A stretch of DNA of 64,000 bases from an uncultured Alphaproteobacteria bacterium (GCA_963720725.1 CAVRGN010000006.1:432-64431); one strand, 5' to 3'. Numbered from the stretch's first letter, positions 33,409 through 43,550 are shown. Numbers and translations: made by a program. The notes: generated by a model from the letters alone, not told the origin.

Positions 33409-34986
33409 TCACAGACTCCTGGCGCAGACATTGTGCCACGTCTTCAGTCCTAGGGCGGCCGGCGGCGGCGGGATGAGACAGACGATGGCGATCGCCATGA
33501 GCAGCGTGACGCCGATCGCGATCAGGACGTCGGCGTAGGCCATGGTCGTCGCCTGTGCCCGGAGCTGGCCGGCGACCGTCGCGAGCGCCGCCGCATCGCC
33601 GAGGAACGGGCGCAGCGCGCCGAGGCGATCCGGCAGGCCGCTCGAGAGGGCCGTCACCGTCTCCGTCAGCCGGGCCGAGTGGAACTGCTCGCGTTTGGTG
33701 AACAGGGTTGCGATGAGGCCAGCGCCGATGGTCGTCGACAGGGCGCGAATGGTGTTGAAGAGCGCATTGGCCGATGGCGCCTCCCGGGGGCCGATGCGCG
33801 AGGTCGCGATCACCATGATCGGAACCTGGACGAAGGGTTGGGCCATGCCTTGCACGATCTGGCTCAACAGGAACTGCGTCTCCTGGTATTGACTGGTCAC
33901 GCCGGCATTCATCAGCACGCCGGTTGCGAACAGCAGCAGGCCGAAGATCATGATCGGCCGCTCGTCGATCTGCCGGGCCAACGCCAGCACGAGTGGCGCC
34001 AGCAGCAGCTGCGGCAGCCCTACCCACAGAAGCGCGGTGCCGACCTCGAGCGGCCGATGGTTGTGGATGGTGACCAGAAAGGCCGGGATGATCATCGCGG
34101 CGGCGAGGAGGCCGACACGGAAGAGCGAGTTGCAGAGCACGGCCAGACCGAAATCGGGCCAGCGAAGGAGCCCAAGGTCGACGAGCGGAGCCTCGGTGCG
34201 CAGCTCGTGCCAGACGAAGAGGGTGACGAAGACGAGGGCCAGGGCCGACAGGTTCGCGATCAGCGGGCTGGCGAACCAGTCGAGCCGGTTGCCCTGGTCG
34301 AAGACGCATGCGGTACAGGCAAGGCCGAGCGCGATGAGGATCGCACCCTTCCAGTCGATCCGGCGCAATCTGGCGAGGTCGAGCGGGTCGCGCGGCAGGC
34401 CAACCCAGGCGCAGATCATGCAGATCAATCCCGGCACCAGGTTCTGGTGGAAGATCCCCCTCCAGCCAACCGCATCGGTGATCCAGCCATCGGTGGTGGC
34501 GGCGATCGTCGGCGTGAAGGTCAAGGTGACCGCGAAGAGTGCGATCCCCAGTGGCTTGTGCGGACCGGTGAAGGTCCGGAGCGTGATCTGGAATGCCAGC
34601 GGAATCATCGCACCGCCGGTCAATCCTTGCAGGAAACGGAGAGCCAGGAGCTGCTCGAGCGTGGTGGCAGCAGCGCAGGCAACGCAGATCGCAAGGAACA
34701 GCAGGACGTTCACGCACAGCCAGAGCCGGGTCGAGAAGACCGCCGCCAGGGCCGCGGTGACGGGTATGATGGCGAACTCACCGATCGAGTAGGCCGTGGG
34801 GATCCATGCGCCTTCGTCGAAGGCGGCACCGATGCCGCCCCGAATGTCGGCGATGGCGAATGCGGTGGTCTGCGTGTTCAAGAGCGCCATCACCGATCCG
34901 GTCAGACCGGCCGCCATGGCGAACCAGGCACGCGGCGTCAGTGACTCCGCGCCCGTGTCCGACGGGCGCTGGAGCTCTGCCGTCAT
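33409..34986 (-). CDS. DHA2/EmrB-type MFS efflux transporter
   Basis: WIPTAYSIGE, RFLQGLTGG, VFDQGNRLDWF, about 14 TM helices. Confidence 0.92.
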   Translation of the reverse strand: MTAELQRPSDTGAESLTPRAWFAMAAGLTGSVMALLNTQTTAFAIADIRGGIGAAFDEGAWIPTAYSIGEFAIIPVTAALAAVFSTRLWLCVNVLLFLAICVACAAATTLEQLLALRFLQGLTGGAMIPLAFQITLRTFTGPHKPLGIALFAVTLTFTPTIAATTDGWITDAVGWRGIFHQNLVPGLICMICAWVGLPRDPLDLARLRRIDWKGAILIALGLACTACVFDQGNRLDWFASPLIANLSALALVFVTLFVWHELRTEAPLVDLGLLRWPDFGLAVLCNSLFRVGLLAAAMIIPAFLVTIHNHRPLEVGTALLWVGLPQLLLAPLVLALARQIDERPIMIFGLLLFATGVLMNAGVTSQYQETQFLLSQIVQGMAQPFVQVPIMVIATSRIGPREAPSANALFNTIRALSTTIGAGLIATLFTKREQFHSARLTETVTALSSGLPDRLGALRPFLGDAAALATVAGQLRAQATTMAYADVLIAIGVTLLMAIAIVCLIPPPPAALGLKTWHNVCARSL

Positions 34987-36107
34987 CGCTGCCGGGGATC
35001 GGCGTGCGCCTGCCGATCGCCAAGCCCCAGCAGGGCGAGCAGGCGCTCGATCAGCGGCAGCGGCTCCGCGTCCGGAGCGGTGTCGACCGCGACCACGGCC
35101 GACATGCCGGGAAGAAGTCGCCCCACGAGCTCCTGCTTCGGCTCGATCACGACCTTGAGCGGAATCCGCTGCACGATCTTGGTGAAGTTGCCGGTCGCGT
35201 TGTCGGGTGGAAGCAGGGCCGTTGCGGCGCCGCTGGCGGATGCCAGGGCCGCCACGTGGCCGCGCACCTTCGCTCCAGGAAAGCTGTCGACCGTGATCGT
35301 GACCGGCTGGCCGGGGCGTACCCGGCCCAGCTGCGTCTCCTTGAAATTCGCATTGATCCAGACGGAATCGAGTGGGACCAGAGTGATGATCCCGGCTCCG
35401 ACTCCCACATACTGGCCTTCGAACACCGCCCGTTTGCCGAGCTGGCCGCGCACTGGCGCCCGGATGACGGTGTGCCCGAGATCGATCCGAGCGAGCTCGG
35501 TGGCTGCCCTGGCTTGGTCCAGCTCGGCCTCCGCCTGCCGCTGCTGCGCGGCAAGCACCGGGAGATGACCCTCGGCTTCCTGGATCGAGGCCGCGCTGCT
35601 CTTGAGCGCGGCGCGGTGCGCGAGATGGGCCGCCCTGGCCTCGTCCAGGGCTTCCTGCGTGCCGAAGGTCGTCTTGCGCAGGGAGCGGGCACGCTCCAGC
35701 TGCACCGACGCGAGGTCAAGATTGGCCTGCGTTGCTTCGTGCTGCGCGCGTGCCTGGGCGATCACGTCCTGCTGCTGGCGCAGCTGCGCGCCGATATGGT
35801 CGACCGCCGCCTGCCTTGCCTGCACGACGGCTTCGGCCTGGGCCACCTTTGCATGGTAGTCGTTGTCCTCGATCCGCAAGAGGGGCTGGCCCGCGTCCAC
35901 CATCTGGAAGTCCTGCACCAGAACGGCGGCGACGTAGCCCGGCACCTTCGCCGCAAGCATCCGCAAGTCACCTTGGACGGAGGCGTCATCCGTCGTCTGG
36001 ACACGGCGATCGACGCGCCACCAGTCCCAGCCCAAGGGCACGCCGACCGTCGCCAGGAGGGCAAGGACGGCAGCAACCAGCAAAAACTCGATGACCCGCA
36101 TGCTCAT
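34983..36107 (-). CDS. HlyD/EmrA membrane fusion protein
   Basis: TTDDA, VPGYV, TVIRAP, ANFKETQL, PPDNATGNFTKIVQRIP; start 36107 preferred. Confidence 0.92.
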   Translation of the reverse strand: MSMRVIEFLLVAAVLALLATVGVPLGWDWWRVDRRVQTTDDASVQGDLRMLAAKVPGYVAAVLVQDFQMVDAGQPLLRIEDNDYHAKVAQAEAVVQARQAAVDHIGAQLRQQQDVIAQARAQHEATQANLDLASVQLERARSLRKTTFGTQEALDEARAAHLAHRAALKSSAASIQEAEGHLPVLAAQQRQAEAELDQARAATELARIDLGHTVIRAPVRGQLGKRAVFEGQYVGVGAGIITLVPLDSVWINANFKETQLGRVRPGQPVTITVDSFPGAKVRGHVAALASASGAATALLPPDNATGNFTKIVQRIPLKVVIEPKQELVGRLLPGMSAVVAVDTAPDAEPLPLIERLLALLGLGDRQAHADPRQR

Positions 36108-36246
36108 CAGCGATGCCCCCGCTCGCGGAGCGCGTCGGTTGAGCCAGATCCCGACGCCGGGTCGGTCCACCCCGCTACCAACGTGAGGCCGAACATTGAG
36201 CCTATTCGCGTCCGTCGCTCTCCACCGATGGGAAGAGCACGCTGGC

Positions 36247-36834
36247 TCATCGACCGGTCGTCGTCAGACGAATGTCGATCTCGCGATCCATGAACGACCA
36301 CTCCCTGGTCGCCCGCAGCTGATCGAGCATCTCCTCGAACGCGATTTCACTCCCGGGCGCGAAATCGAGGAATCCGATGAAGTCGAAGGGCGCTTCGTGA
36401 TCCAGATCCCTGCAGTGAAGCAGGCGTCGGGCGACGGCCGGCAGATAGCGCATGCCGATGGCGATGTGGTGCGAGTCCTCTTCGAGGATCGTGCGCCGTT
36501 CATCCTGCGTGAGCGCCCACCACTCGGCCCGCTTGCGCAGCAGGATCAGCGCCGCATGGGTCGCCTCGGGACGTCCGATCGTGGCTTGCTTGCTGGTCAG
36601 CTCGGTCTTTTCCGATCGTGTCGTGTACCGGTCGTTGGACGCGACGCCGTGGAAAGCCCAGACCGCATCGGCGGGCAGATCCGCCGCGACGCCGGAGATC
36701 ATGTCGATGGCGGTGACACGCGCGATCGGCTGTCCGGAGATCGTGGTGTGGGAAACGACCTGCATGCTCCCCGTCTTGCCCCCGATGAAAGTGGTCGCTC
36801 TCGAATTCGAGGGCATCCGCCCATCTACTGTCAT
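36247..36834 (-). CDS. Chlorite dismutase-like heme protein, short clade II type
   Basis: SNDRY, GRPEAT, RK..EWW.L.QDERR, proximal His in SHHI, distal Arg in VARRLLHCRDL, EW..DREIDIRL. Confidence 0.85.
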   Translation of the reverse strand: MTVDGRMPSNSRATTFIGGKTGSMQVVSHTTISGQPIARVTAIDMISGVAADLPADAVWAFHGVASNDRYTTRSEKTELTSKQATIGRPEATHAALILLRKRAEWWALTQDERRTILEEDSHHIAIGMRYLPAVARRLLHCRDLDHEAPFDFIGFLDFAPGSEIAFEEMLDQLRATREWSFMDREIDIRLTTTGR

Positions 36835-36891
36835 GCTCGAGCCCTCCGATTGCTTGCGGCATATCTTCCGGCGATGCCCGACCTGCACCTG

Positions 36892-37947
36892 TCAACTGCC
36901 CGCGGCGCCGGCCGGGATGTCGTCCAGCCGCTTGAGTCGATAGACGCTGACCGACACGGCCCACGCGACGATGAACACGCCGATGATGGCGAAGCCGAGC
37001 GCGTTGAAGTTGTCGTTGAGCGCGCCAACGAGCCGCCAGAGATCACCTTCGAGCCCGTACCGATCGCCGACCAGGCCCAGCACCTCTATGCTGCCGATCA
37101 GCACGGCGACCAGCACCGAAACCAAGGTGATCGTCAGGTTGTAGTAGAGCTTGCGGATCGGTGCCCTGAACGCCCAGTCGTAGGCGCCCAGCATCACGAG
37201 GCCGTCGGTCGTGTCGACGAGAGACATCCCGGCAGCGAAAAGAGCGGGGAACACCATAATGGACCAGAGGGACTCGCCTTGCGCGACATGTGTCGCGGAA
37301 ATGCCAAGCAATGCCACCTCAGTCGCGGTTTCGAAGCCGATGCCGAAGAGGAAGCCGAGCGGGAACATATGCCAGCTCTTCGTCACCAGCCGAAACAGCG
37401 GCCGGAAAATCCGGGCGAGGAAGCCGCGGTTGTCGAGCAGGATGTCGAAATCCTCGTCCGCATAGACACCCCCCCGACGAACATGGCGGAACGCACGCCA
37501 GACCCCGCGCAGGATGATGATGTTTGCTGCCGCGACGGTGAACAGGAAGAATGCCGAGACCAGCGTGCCGACAAGCCCACCCACCGACTTGAGCGTGTCG
37601 GCGGGACCGAGCACTGCCGTAGCTGTGCCCGCAACCGCAACGGCAAGGACGACCACGGTCGAGTGTCCGAGCGCGAAGAAGAAACCGACCCCGACTGGCC
37701 GCTCTCCGGTCTGCATCAGCTTGCGAATGACGTTGTCGATCGCGGCGATGTGGTCGGCATCCACCGCATGGCGCAGCCCAAAGCCGTAAGCCAGCAGAGC
37801 CGTCCCAAGCAGCACCGGCTGGTCGTGAAACAGCAGTAGAGCACAGGTCCAAGCAGCGAGATTGGCGACAATCAACAGGGCATAGATGCCGATGACGCGT
37901 GGATGTAGCTCCGAAGGCTCGGAGAAGATGCGGCTGATCCGGGTCAT
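36892..37947 (-). CDS. HoxN/HupN/NixA (NiCoT) Ni/Co transporter
   Basis: Signature GLRHAVDADHIAAID, FFALGHSTVV, GIGFETATE. Confidence 0.95.
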   Translation of the reverse strand: MTRISRIFSEPSELHPRVIGIYALLIVANLAAWTCALLLFHDQPVLLGTALLAYGFGLRHAVDADHIAAIDNVIRKLMQTGERPVGVGFFFALGHSTVVVLAVAVAGTATAVLGPADTLKSVGGLVGTLVSAFFLFTVAAANIIILRGVWRAFRHVRRGGVYADEDFDILLDNRGFLARIFRPLFRLVTKSWHMFPLGFLFGIGFETATEVALLGISATHVAQGESLWSIMVFPALFAAGMSLVDTTDGLVMLGAYDWAFRAPIRKLYYNLTITLVSVLVAVLIGSIEVLGLVGDRYGLEGDLWRLVGALNDNFNALGFAIIGVFIVAWAVSVSVYRLKRLDDIPAGAAGS

Positions 37948-37983
37948 CTTGGCTGGATCCGATGGGCTGTCTTCGGATTCACG

Positions 37984-38733
37984 TCAGACTTGCGCCGATC
38001 CGCCGTCGACGAACAGTTCGCTTCCACTCATGAAGCTGCTGTCGTCCGAGGCGAGGAAGAGGGCGGCGCGCGCGATCTCATCGGGCTCGCCCATCCGTCC
38101 GAGCGGAATGGACGCGACCGCGGCTTCGATCATGGCCTCGTGCACGTCCTCGCTTGGTGCGAGGCCATGCCAGCCGGGCGTGGAGGTGGCGCCCGGTACC
38201 AGCACATTGACCCGTATCTTCCGCGGTGCGAGATCCAGCGTCCAGGTGCGGGCGAAGTTGCGCACCGCTGCCTTGCTGGCGCTGTAGACGCTGAAGGCAG
38301 GCGTTCCGGTCGTGCCCGTGGTGGACCCGGTCAGGATGATGGAGCCACCCTCCTTCATCAGCGGCAGCGCCTTTTGCACGGTGAACAGCGTACCCTTGAC
38401 GTTGGTCGCGAAGATCGTGTCGAACTGCTCCTCCGTGATCGAACCGAGCGGCGCGAACGTCCCGCCGCCTGCGTTGGCGAAGAGCACGTCAACGGTTCCA
38501 GCCGCATCCCGGACGGTTGCGAACAGACGGTCGAGGTCCGCAAGGTTCGAAACGTCGCTTCGCACGCCGTGCGCACCTCGACCGATCGCCTGTACGGCGG
38601 CGTCGAGTTCCCGCTGGCGTCGTGCCGTCATGAAGACGGTGGCACCCTCCTCGACAAACAGCCGCGCCGAAGCCAAGCCGATGCCGCTGTTGGCACCGGT
38701 GATGACGGCGACCTTGCCTTGAAGTCTTCCCAT
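37984..38733 (-). CDS. SDR oxidoreductase
   Basis: ITGANSGIG, FANAG, YSASK, PLGRMGEPDEIA. Confidence 0.93.
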   Translation of the reverse strand: MGRLQGKVAVITGANSGIGLASARLFVEEGATVFMTARRQRELDAAVQAIGRGAHGVRSDVSNLADLDRLFATVRDAAGTVDVLFANAGGGTFAPLGSITEEQFDTIFATNVKGTLFTVQKALPLMKEGGSIILTGSTTGTTGTPAFSVYSASKAAVRNFARTWTLDLAPRKIRVNVLVPGATSTPGWHGLAPSEDVHEAMIEAAVASIPLGRMGEPDEIARAALFLASDDSSFMSGSELFVDGGSAQV

Positions 38734-38802
38734 GCGACCTGCACTCCCTTGGCTCACGCAAACGTCTCGGCGGGCGTCGAGCACGACAGCCGGAAATGTC
38801 CG

Positions 38803-39234
38803 TCAGGTTGAACTCTCGGCCGTTCCGGCGGCCTCGTGCGCGATCTCGGCCAAGGCCTCTTGCATGCCTTGGACGGCGGGGATCCTGTCGGTCGGGAGAC
38901 CGTGCCGGCACCCGATCCAGGCGGGTTCGTTGAAGCCGAGCCACGCCACTCCGTCTCCGTCCTGCCAGACGAGGACCTTGAGCGGGAGGTCGATGCCGGC
39001 AGTCTGCGCCGCCTGCATCAGCGGCGTACCGCCGCGTGCGCTTCCGAAGACCAGAAGTTCGGTCGGGCGAAGCGACAGCCCCGCCTCTGCCGCTCCGGCC
39101 CCATGGTCAATTCGGGCGAAGATGGTCATTCCCCGGCCCGTGACGCTGGCAACCAGGCGATCCATGGTCTCCAGCGGTCCGTGGCTGCTCCTGAGGCACG
39201 TCAGTCCGGCCGGGGGGTCCATCGGTTCGCTCAC
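38803..39234 (-). CDS. DUF302 domain protein
   Basis: IFARIDH, LLVFGS..GTPLMQ, DLPLKVLVW. Confidence 0.88.
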   Translation of the reverse strand: MSEPMDPPAGLTCLRSSHGPLETMDRLVASVTGRGMTIFARIDHGAGAAEAGLSLRPTELLVFGSARGGTPLMQAAQTAGIDLPLKVLVWQDGDGVAWLGFNEPAWIGCRHGLPTDRIPAVQGMQEALAEIAHEAAGTAESST

Positions 39235-39587
39235 GTCGCGACAAGCTCAGCCGGAGGCAGCTCGGCAGACCAGCGCGCCTCGATCTCGTTCATCTTCTCG
39301 GCAAGGCCGGTCGGCGTCAGGACACCCTTCTGGAACAATAGGACGGCGAAGGCGGTGGCCCACCGTTCATAGTAGCCCAACCGATCGATCGTCGCTGCCC
39401 CGAGCGCCTCGACGCCACGGCGCTTCTCCTCGGTGCTGATGAGCTTGTGATAGTCCAAGACATCGGCCAGGGCGTGGCAGCGCCTCTCCCAGGCGGCGAG
39501 TTCGCGTTCTACTCGCGCGAAGGCAGGCGAGGGCTGACCGCCCACGTCGTTGGGCAGCCGGCGCATGAAGTCTTCCAAGCCCGTCAT
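39231..39587 (-). CDS. Thiocyanate hydrolase beta-like subunit (N-terminal half of NHase beta)
   Basis: RLPNDVGG, WE, TEEKRRGVE, YYERW. Confidence 0.8.
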   Translation of the reverse strand: MTGLEDFMRRLPNDVGGQPSPAFARVERELAAWERRCHALADVLDYHKLISTEEKRRGVEALGAATIDRLGYYERWATAFAVLLFQKGVLTPTGLAEKMNEIEARWSAELPPAELVAT

Positions 39588-40225
39588 GCCGCGGCCCTCT
39601 GTTCATCGACCTTGACAGGGACGACGCCGATCATCGCGTCGCGCGTGACCAGGGTCGCTAGCTGCTCCTCGGTGTAGCCGTCGGTGCCCTCGGGTCGGAC
39701 CGGCAGCACGAGAAAGCGCAATGCGGAAGTCGAGTTGGCGACCCGGATCTCCACCTCCTGCGGGATGATGGTGCCGAACTCGGCCAGCAGCGCGCGCGGC
39801 TCAGCTACGGCGCGGGCGCGGTAGGGTTTCAACTTGTACCACTCGGGTGGCAAACCAAGGAGCGGGCGGGGATAGCAGGAGCACAGTGTGCAGACGACCA
39901 GGTTGTGAACCTGCTCGGTGTTCTCGAGAACGATGAGGCCCGTGTCGTCGTAGAAGGTGACGCCGAGCTCCTCGCAAGTCCCCCGGCCGTCGGCGAGCAG
40001 GCGAGCGCGGAAAGCGGGGTCCGTCCAGGCGCGGGCGACGACCTTGGCGCCCAGGGCGGGTGTGCGGGAGTCCAGAACGTCGATCTGGCGCTCGATCTCG
40101 CCGGTCTGCAGGATCTTGCGCTCGATCAGCATCTCCTCGAGCGCCGCTTGCAGGATGTCGAAATAACCGGGCCGCTCCGGCGCCCCGATCTCCTCATGGG
40201 CATGGTCCCGATCGTGGTCATGCAT
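39584..40225 (-). CDS. Thiocyanate hydrolase gamma / nitrile hydratase alpha-like cobalt subunit
   Basis: Metal motif VCTLCSCYPRPLLG, GAKVVARAWTDP, WYK...YRARAV.EPR. Confidence 0.93.
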   Translation of the reverse strand: MHDHDRDHAHEEIGAPERPGYFDILQAALEEMLIERKILQTGEIERQIDVLDSRTPALGAKVVARAWTDPAFRARLLADGRGTCEELGVTFYDDTGLIVLENTEQVHNLVVCTLCSCYPRPLLGLPPEWYKLKPYRARAVAEPRALLAEFGTIIPQEVEIRVANSTSALRFLVLPVRPEGTDGYTEEQLATLVTRDAMIGVVPVKVDEQRAAA

Positions 40226-40571
40226 TGCGGGCGGCCTCCAGCCAGGTTTCGAAGACTTCGATGTACAGGCGGTCGCGGTGACTCCCGGCGTAGTCGGTCC
40301 AGATGTCGGACATGGGGACGGCGATCCGGTAGTAATGTCGCTTCACGCCGGCGTTCAGGCCGAAGCCCTCCTCCTCATTGTCGACGGCCGGTTGGACGAG
40401 CCTCTCAACTATGCCCGTCCGGCCGCGAAGATATAGAGGCACGCGGTAATGCCCGAGCGGGAACCGCTCCACGACCCGGACCCGCTCGCCCGGTCGGAAG
40501 ACTGGTGTCTCGCCAAGTGCCGGCACCACTTTGGCAAGTCGTGGATCATCGACCGGTGGCTGTGATTCCAT
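40218..40571 (-). CDS. Thiocyanate hydrolase alpha-like subunit (SH3-like C-terminal half of NHase beta)
   Basis: FRPGERVRV, HYRVPLYLRGRTG, YYRI, DIW, VFETWLE. Confidence 0.85.
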   Translation of the reverse strand: MESQPPVDDPRLAKVVPALGETPVFRPGERVRVVERFPLGHYRVPLYLRGRTGIVERLVQPAVDNEEEGFGLNAGVKRHYYRIAVPMSDIWTDYAGSHRDRLYIEVFETWLEAARNA

Positions 40572-40655
40572 TCCGAAATTCCTTCGATCAGTCCCTCGCC
40601 CGACTTCGGACCTGGACGTCGGCGTGAGTCATCGCTTCCCTGTGCCGCTCGGCCC

Positions 40656-41480
40656 TCAGCTCTCGATGAAGGCAAGAAGATCGGCATTGATGGTGTCGGC
40701 CTGAGTAGTCGGCATGCCGTGCGGGAAGCCCTCATAAGTCTTGAGCGTTCCCTTCTTCAGCAGCTTGGCCGATAGTGGCCCGGAATCGGCGTATGGGACG
40801 ATCTGATCGTCCTTGCTGTGCATCACCAGCACGGGCACGTCGATCTCCTCGAGATCGGCCGTGAAGTCCGTCTGCGAGTAGGCGACGATGCCGTCATAGT
40901 GGGCCTTGGCGCCGCCCATCATTCCCTGGCGCCACCAGTTCTGGATGATCGCCTCCGAGGGTTTCGCACCAGGCCGGTCGTAGTTGTAGAACGGACCAGC
41001 GGCGATAGCGCGATAGAATTCCGATCGGTTCGCGGCGAGCTGCGCCTGGAGGCCGTCGAACACGTCCTTCGGCACCCCCCCTGGATTGGCGGCGGTCTTC
41101 ACCATCAGCGGCGGCACCGCACTGATGATGGCGGCCTTGGTCGCCCGGCCCTTGCCATGCCGTGCGAGGTAGTGGACCACTTCGCCGCCGCCGGTCGAAT
41201 GGCCGATGTGAATTGCGTTGGTCAAATCGAGATGCGCCGTCAGTGCGGCGAGATCGTCGGCGTAGTGATCCATGTCATGACCGTCATCGACCTGCGTCGA
41301 ACGGCCATGCCCGCGCCGATCGTGGGCGATGACGCGATAACCCTTGCCGAGAAAGAACAACATCTGGGTGTCCCAATCATCGGCCGACAGGGGCCAGCCG
41401 TGACTGAAAACAATGGGTCGGCCCTTGCCCCAATCCTTGTAGTAGATTTCGATGCCGTCGCGAGTGGTTACTGTGTTCAT
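40656..41480 (-). CDS. Non-heme chloroperoxidase/arylesterase-family alpha/beta hydrolase
   Basis: [35 protein letters not shown]. Confidence 0.92.
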   Translation of the reverse strand: MNTVTTRDGIEIYYKDWGKGRPIVFSHGWPLSADDWDTQMLFFLGKGYRVIAHDRRGHGRSTQVDDGHDMDHYADDLAALTAHLDLTNAIHIGHSTGGGEVVHYLARHGKGRATKAAIISAVPPLMVKTAANPGGVPKDVFDGLQAQLAANRSEFYRAIAAGPFYNYDRPGAKPSEAIIQNWWRQGMMGGAKAHYDGIVAYSQTDFTADLEEIDVPVLVMHSKDDQIVPYADSGPLSAKLLKKGTLKTYEGFPHGMPTTQADTINADLLAFIES

Positions 41481-41526
41481 ACCGTCCTCCGGACGTTGGG
41501 ATGACTAGCGGAGCTGGCCGGCAGGG

Positions 41527-42531
41527 TCACTTGAGGCCCTGTGCAAAGGCGAGAAGGTCGCCGTTGAACTCGTCCTTGTGGGTGACGGTCAGCCCATGCG
41601 GCGCGCCCGGATAAACCTTCAGCGTTGCGTTCTTGATCAGCTTCGCCGAGATCCTCGCGGTGGTCGCGATCGGGACGTTCTGGTCGTCCTCGCCGTGAAT
41701 GATCAGCGTCGGGACATCGAATCTCCGTAGATCCGGTGTGAAGTCGGTTTCGGAAAAGGCCTTGATCCCTTCGTAGGATGCTCGCAGCCCGACCTGCATG
41801 CACCAAAGCCAGAAGGCGTCCCTGATGCCTTGCGACACGTTCGAGCCCGGGCGATTGGCGCCGAAGAACGGCCCGTCGCCGAGATCACGGTAGAATTGTG
41901 CGCGGTCGCCGGCGACGCCGGCACGGATGCCGTCGAACACCTCGATCGGCACGCCATCGGGATTTGCCGGTGTCTTGAGCAGCAGCGGCGGGATGGCAGA
42001 GACAAGGACCGCACCGGAAAGTCTGTCCGTCCCGTACCTGCCGATGTAGCGGGCGACGTCTCCGGCCCCGGCTGAATGACCCACCAAAGTTGCGGTCTCG
42101 AGGTCCAGCGCGCGGATCAGTTCTGAGAGGTCCTCGGCGAAGGTGTCATAATCGTTCCCTTGCCAGGGCTGGCTCGACCGGCCATGCCCGCGACGATCGA
42201 AAGCAACGCAGCGGAAGCCGTGCGATGCCATGAACATCATCTGATCGTCCCAGATGTCGGCGTTCAAAGGCCAGCCATGGCTGAAGACCACCGGCACTCC
42301 TTCGCCCCAGTCCTTGTAGTATATGTCGGTGCCGTCCTTCGTCCTGATGAAGCTCGACCTCTGTCCTGCAGCACTCGGCCGTTCGCCCGACCCGCCCGTC
42401 TCTTGCGCGTGCGCGGCGATGGTGATGTTCGGGACTGGCGCCAAACTCGACGCCGCCGCAAGGCCGCCGAGCAGCACATTGCGGCGAGCCGCGGCTCCGT
42501 GGGTGAGCGGAAATCGGTCCGGACGTGTCAT
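41527..42531 (-). CDS. Tat-signal-bearing non-heme chloroperoxidase-family alpha/beta hydrolase
   Basis: [14 protein letters not shown] signal; [28 protein letters not shown]; ATG at 42531. Confidence 0.88.
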   Translation of the reverse strand: MTRPDRFPLTHGAAARRNVLLGGLAAASSLAPVPNITIAAHAQETGGSGERPSAAGQRSSFIRTKDGTDIYYKDWGEGVPVVFSHGWPLNADIWDDQMMFMASHGFRCVAFDRRGHGRSSQPWQGNDYDTFAEDLSELIRALDLETATLVGHSAGAGDVARYIGRYGTDRLSGAVLVSAIPPLLLKTPANPDGVPIEVFDGIRAGVAGDRAQFYRDLGDGPFFGANRPGSNVSQGIRDAFWLWCMQVGLRASYEGIKAFSETDFTPDLRRFDVPTLIIHGEDDQNVPIATTARISAKLIKNATLKVYPGAPHGLTVTHKDEFNGDLLAFAQGLK

Positions 42532-42575
42532 GCTGGTCCCTCGATCGAAGCCGCCATGGCGATGGCGCGGATTAT

Positions 42576-43550
42576 TCACTGCGGAGCGGTTGAGCGGTCG
42601 AGAAAGTCACGGATCATCGGCGCCATGACGTCGAGCTTGTCTTCGAGAGCGAAGTGCCCGGTGTCCAGCAGATGCAGTTCAGCCTTGGGAAGGTCGCGAA
42701 GATAGGGGCTCGCCCCGGCAGCCGGAAAAATCTGATCGTTCTTGCCCCATACAATCAACGTAGGCGGTTGGTATTTGCGAAAGAAGGACTGAAATTCGGG
42801 ATACAGCGGCACATTGGTGCCATAGTCATGGAATAGGTCGAGCTGAATGTCTCTGTTGCCGGGCCTGTCAAGAAGCGCTTGGTCGTGAACCCAATTGTCC
42901 GGACTGATGCGCGACACGTCGCTGACGCCGTCGACGTATTGGAATCTCGTGATCGCGGGGGTCACGAGAAAGTCCAGCGCCCGTCGATGCGCTTCTGATC
43001 CGTTCGCCCAATACGCCTTGATCGGATCCCAGAACGCTCCGAGACCTTCCGCGTAGGCGTTGCCATTCTGCACCACGAGCGCAGTAACCCGCTCGGGATG
43101 CAGCAGTGCCAAGCGGTAGCCAACGGGTGCGCCATAATCCATGACGTACATCGCGTAGCGCGTGGCCCCGAGTTGCTGCAGCAGGGCGTCCACCAAGCTG
43201 GCGTAATGTGCAAAGGTGTAGCTGAATTCCGAATGGTCGGGCGCGGCGCTCTGGCCGAAGCCAGGATAGTCCGGTGCAATCACGCGATAGTGGTCGGCCA
43301 GCGTCGGGATGAGGTTTCGGAACATGTGCGACGAGGTCGGAAACCCGTGCAGTAGAACCACGACCGGGCCGTCCGGTGGGCCGGCCTCCCGGTAGAACAA
43401 GCTGATCCCGTCGACGGTCGCGGTTCGGTAGTGCGTAGCGTTCCCTGCGGCCTGCAGCGCCGTCTGCGCGTCCGCGGCCGAGAACCCCGCCTCGGCGACG
43501 CAGGTCAGGAGCGTGATGGCCGCCGCGACGGCCAGCCTGTTCCGCTTCAC
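42576..43550 (-). CDS. Secreted Asp-nucleophile alpha/beta hydrolase (epoxide hydrolase/dehalogenase-like)
   Basis: GTG 43550 with AAAGGGGA upstream and a signal-like [14 protein letters not shown]; [29 protein letters not shown]. Confidence 0.88.
   Translation of the reverse strand: MKRNRLAVAAAITLLTCVAEAGFSAADAQTALQAAGNATHYRTATVDGISLFYREAGPPDGPVVVLLHGFPTSSHMFRNLIPTLADHYRVIAPDYPGFGQSAAPDHSEFSYTFAHYASLVDALLQQLGATRYAMYVMDYGAPVGYRLALLHPERVTALVVQNGNAYAEGLGAFWDPIKAYWANGSEAHRRALDFLVTPAITRFQYVDGVSDVSRISPDNWVHDQALLDRPGNRDIQLDLFHDYGTNVPLYPEFQSFFRKYQPPTLIVWGKNDQIFPAAGASPYLRDLPKAELHLLDTGHFALEDKLDVMAPMIRDFLDRSTAPQ

Noticed and set aside
36892-37990. Cobalamin or NiCo riboswitch ahead of the NiCoT gene
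   Set aside because: Only about 36 nt separate it from the SDR gene, leaving no room.
39231-40571. Ordinary two-subunit nitrile hydratase plus P14K activator
   Set aside because: No full-length beta gene is present; the downstream gene has the beta N-terminal (N/H)DVGG motif, and the metal subunit has Arg rather than Trp after CSCYP. Not fully excluded without a tree.
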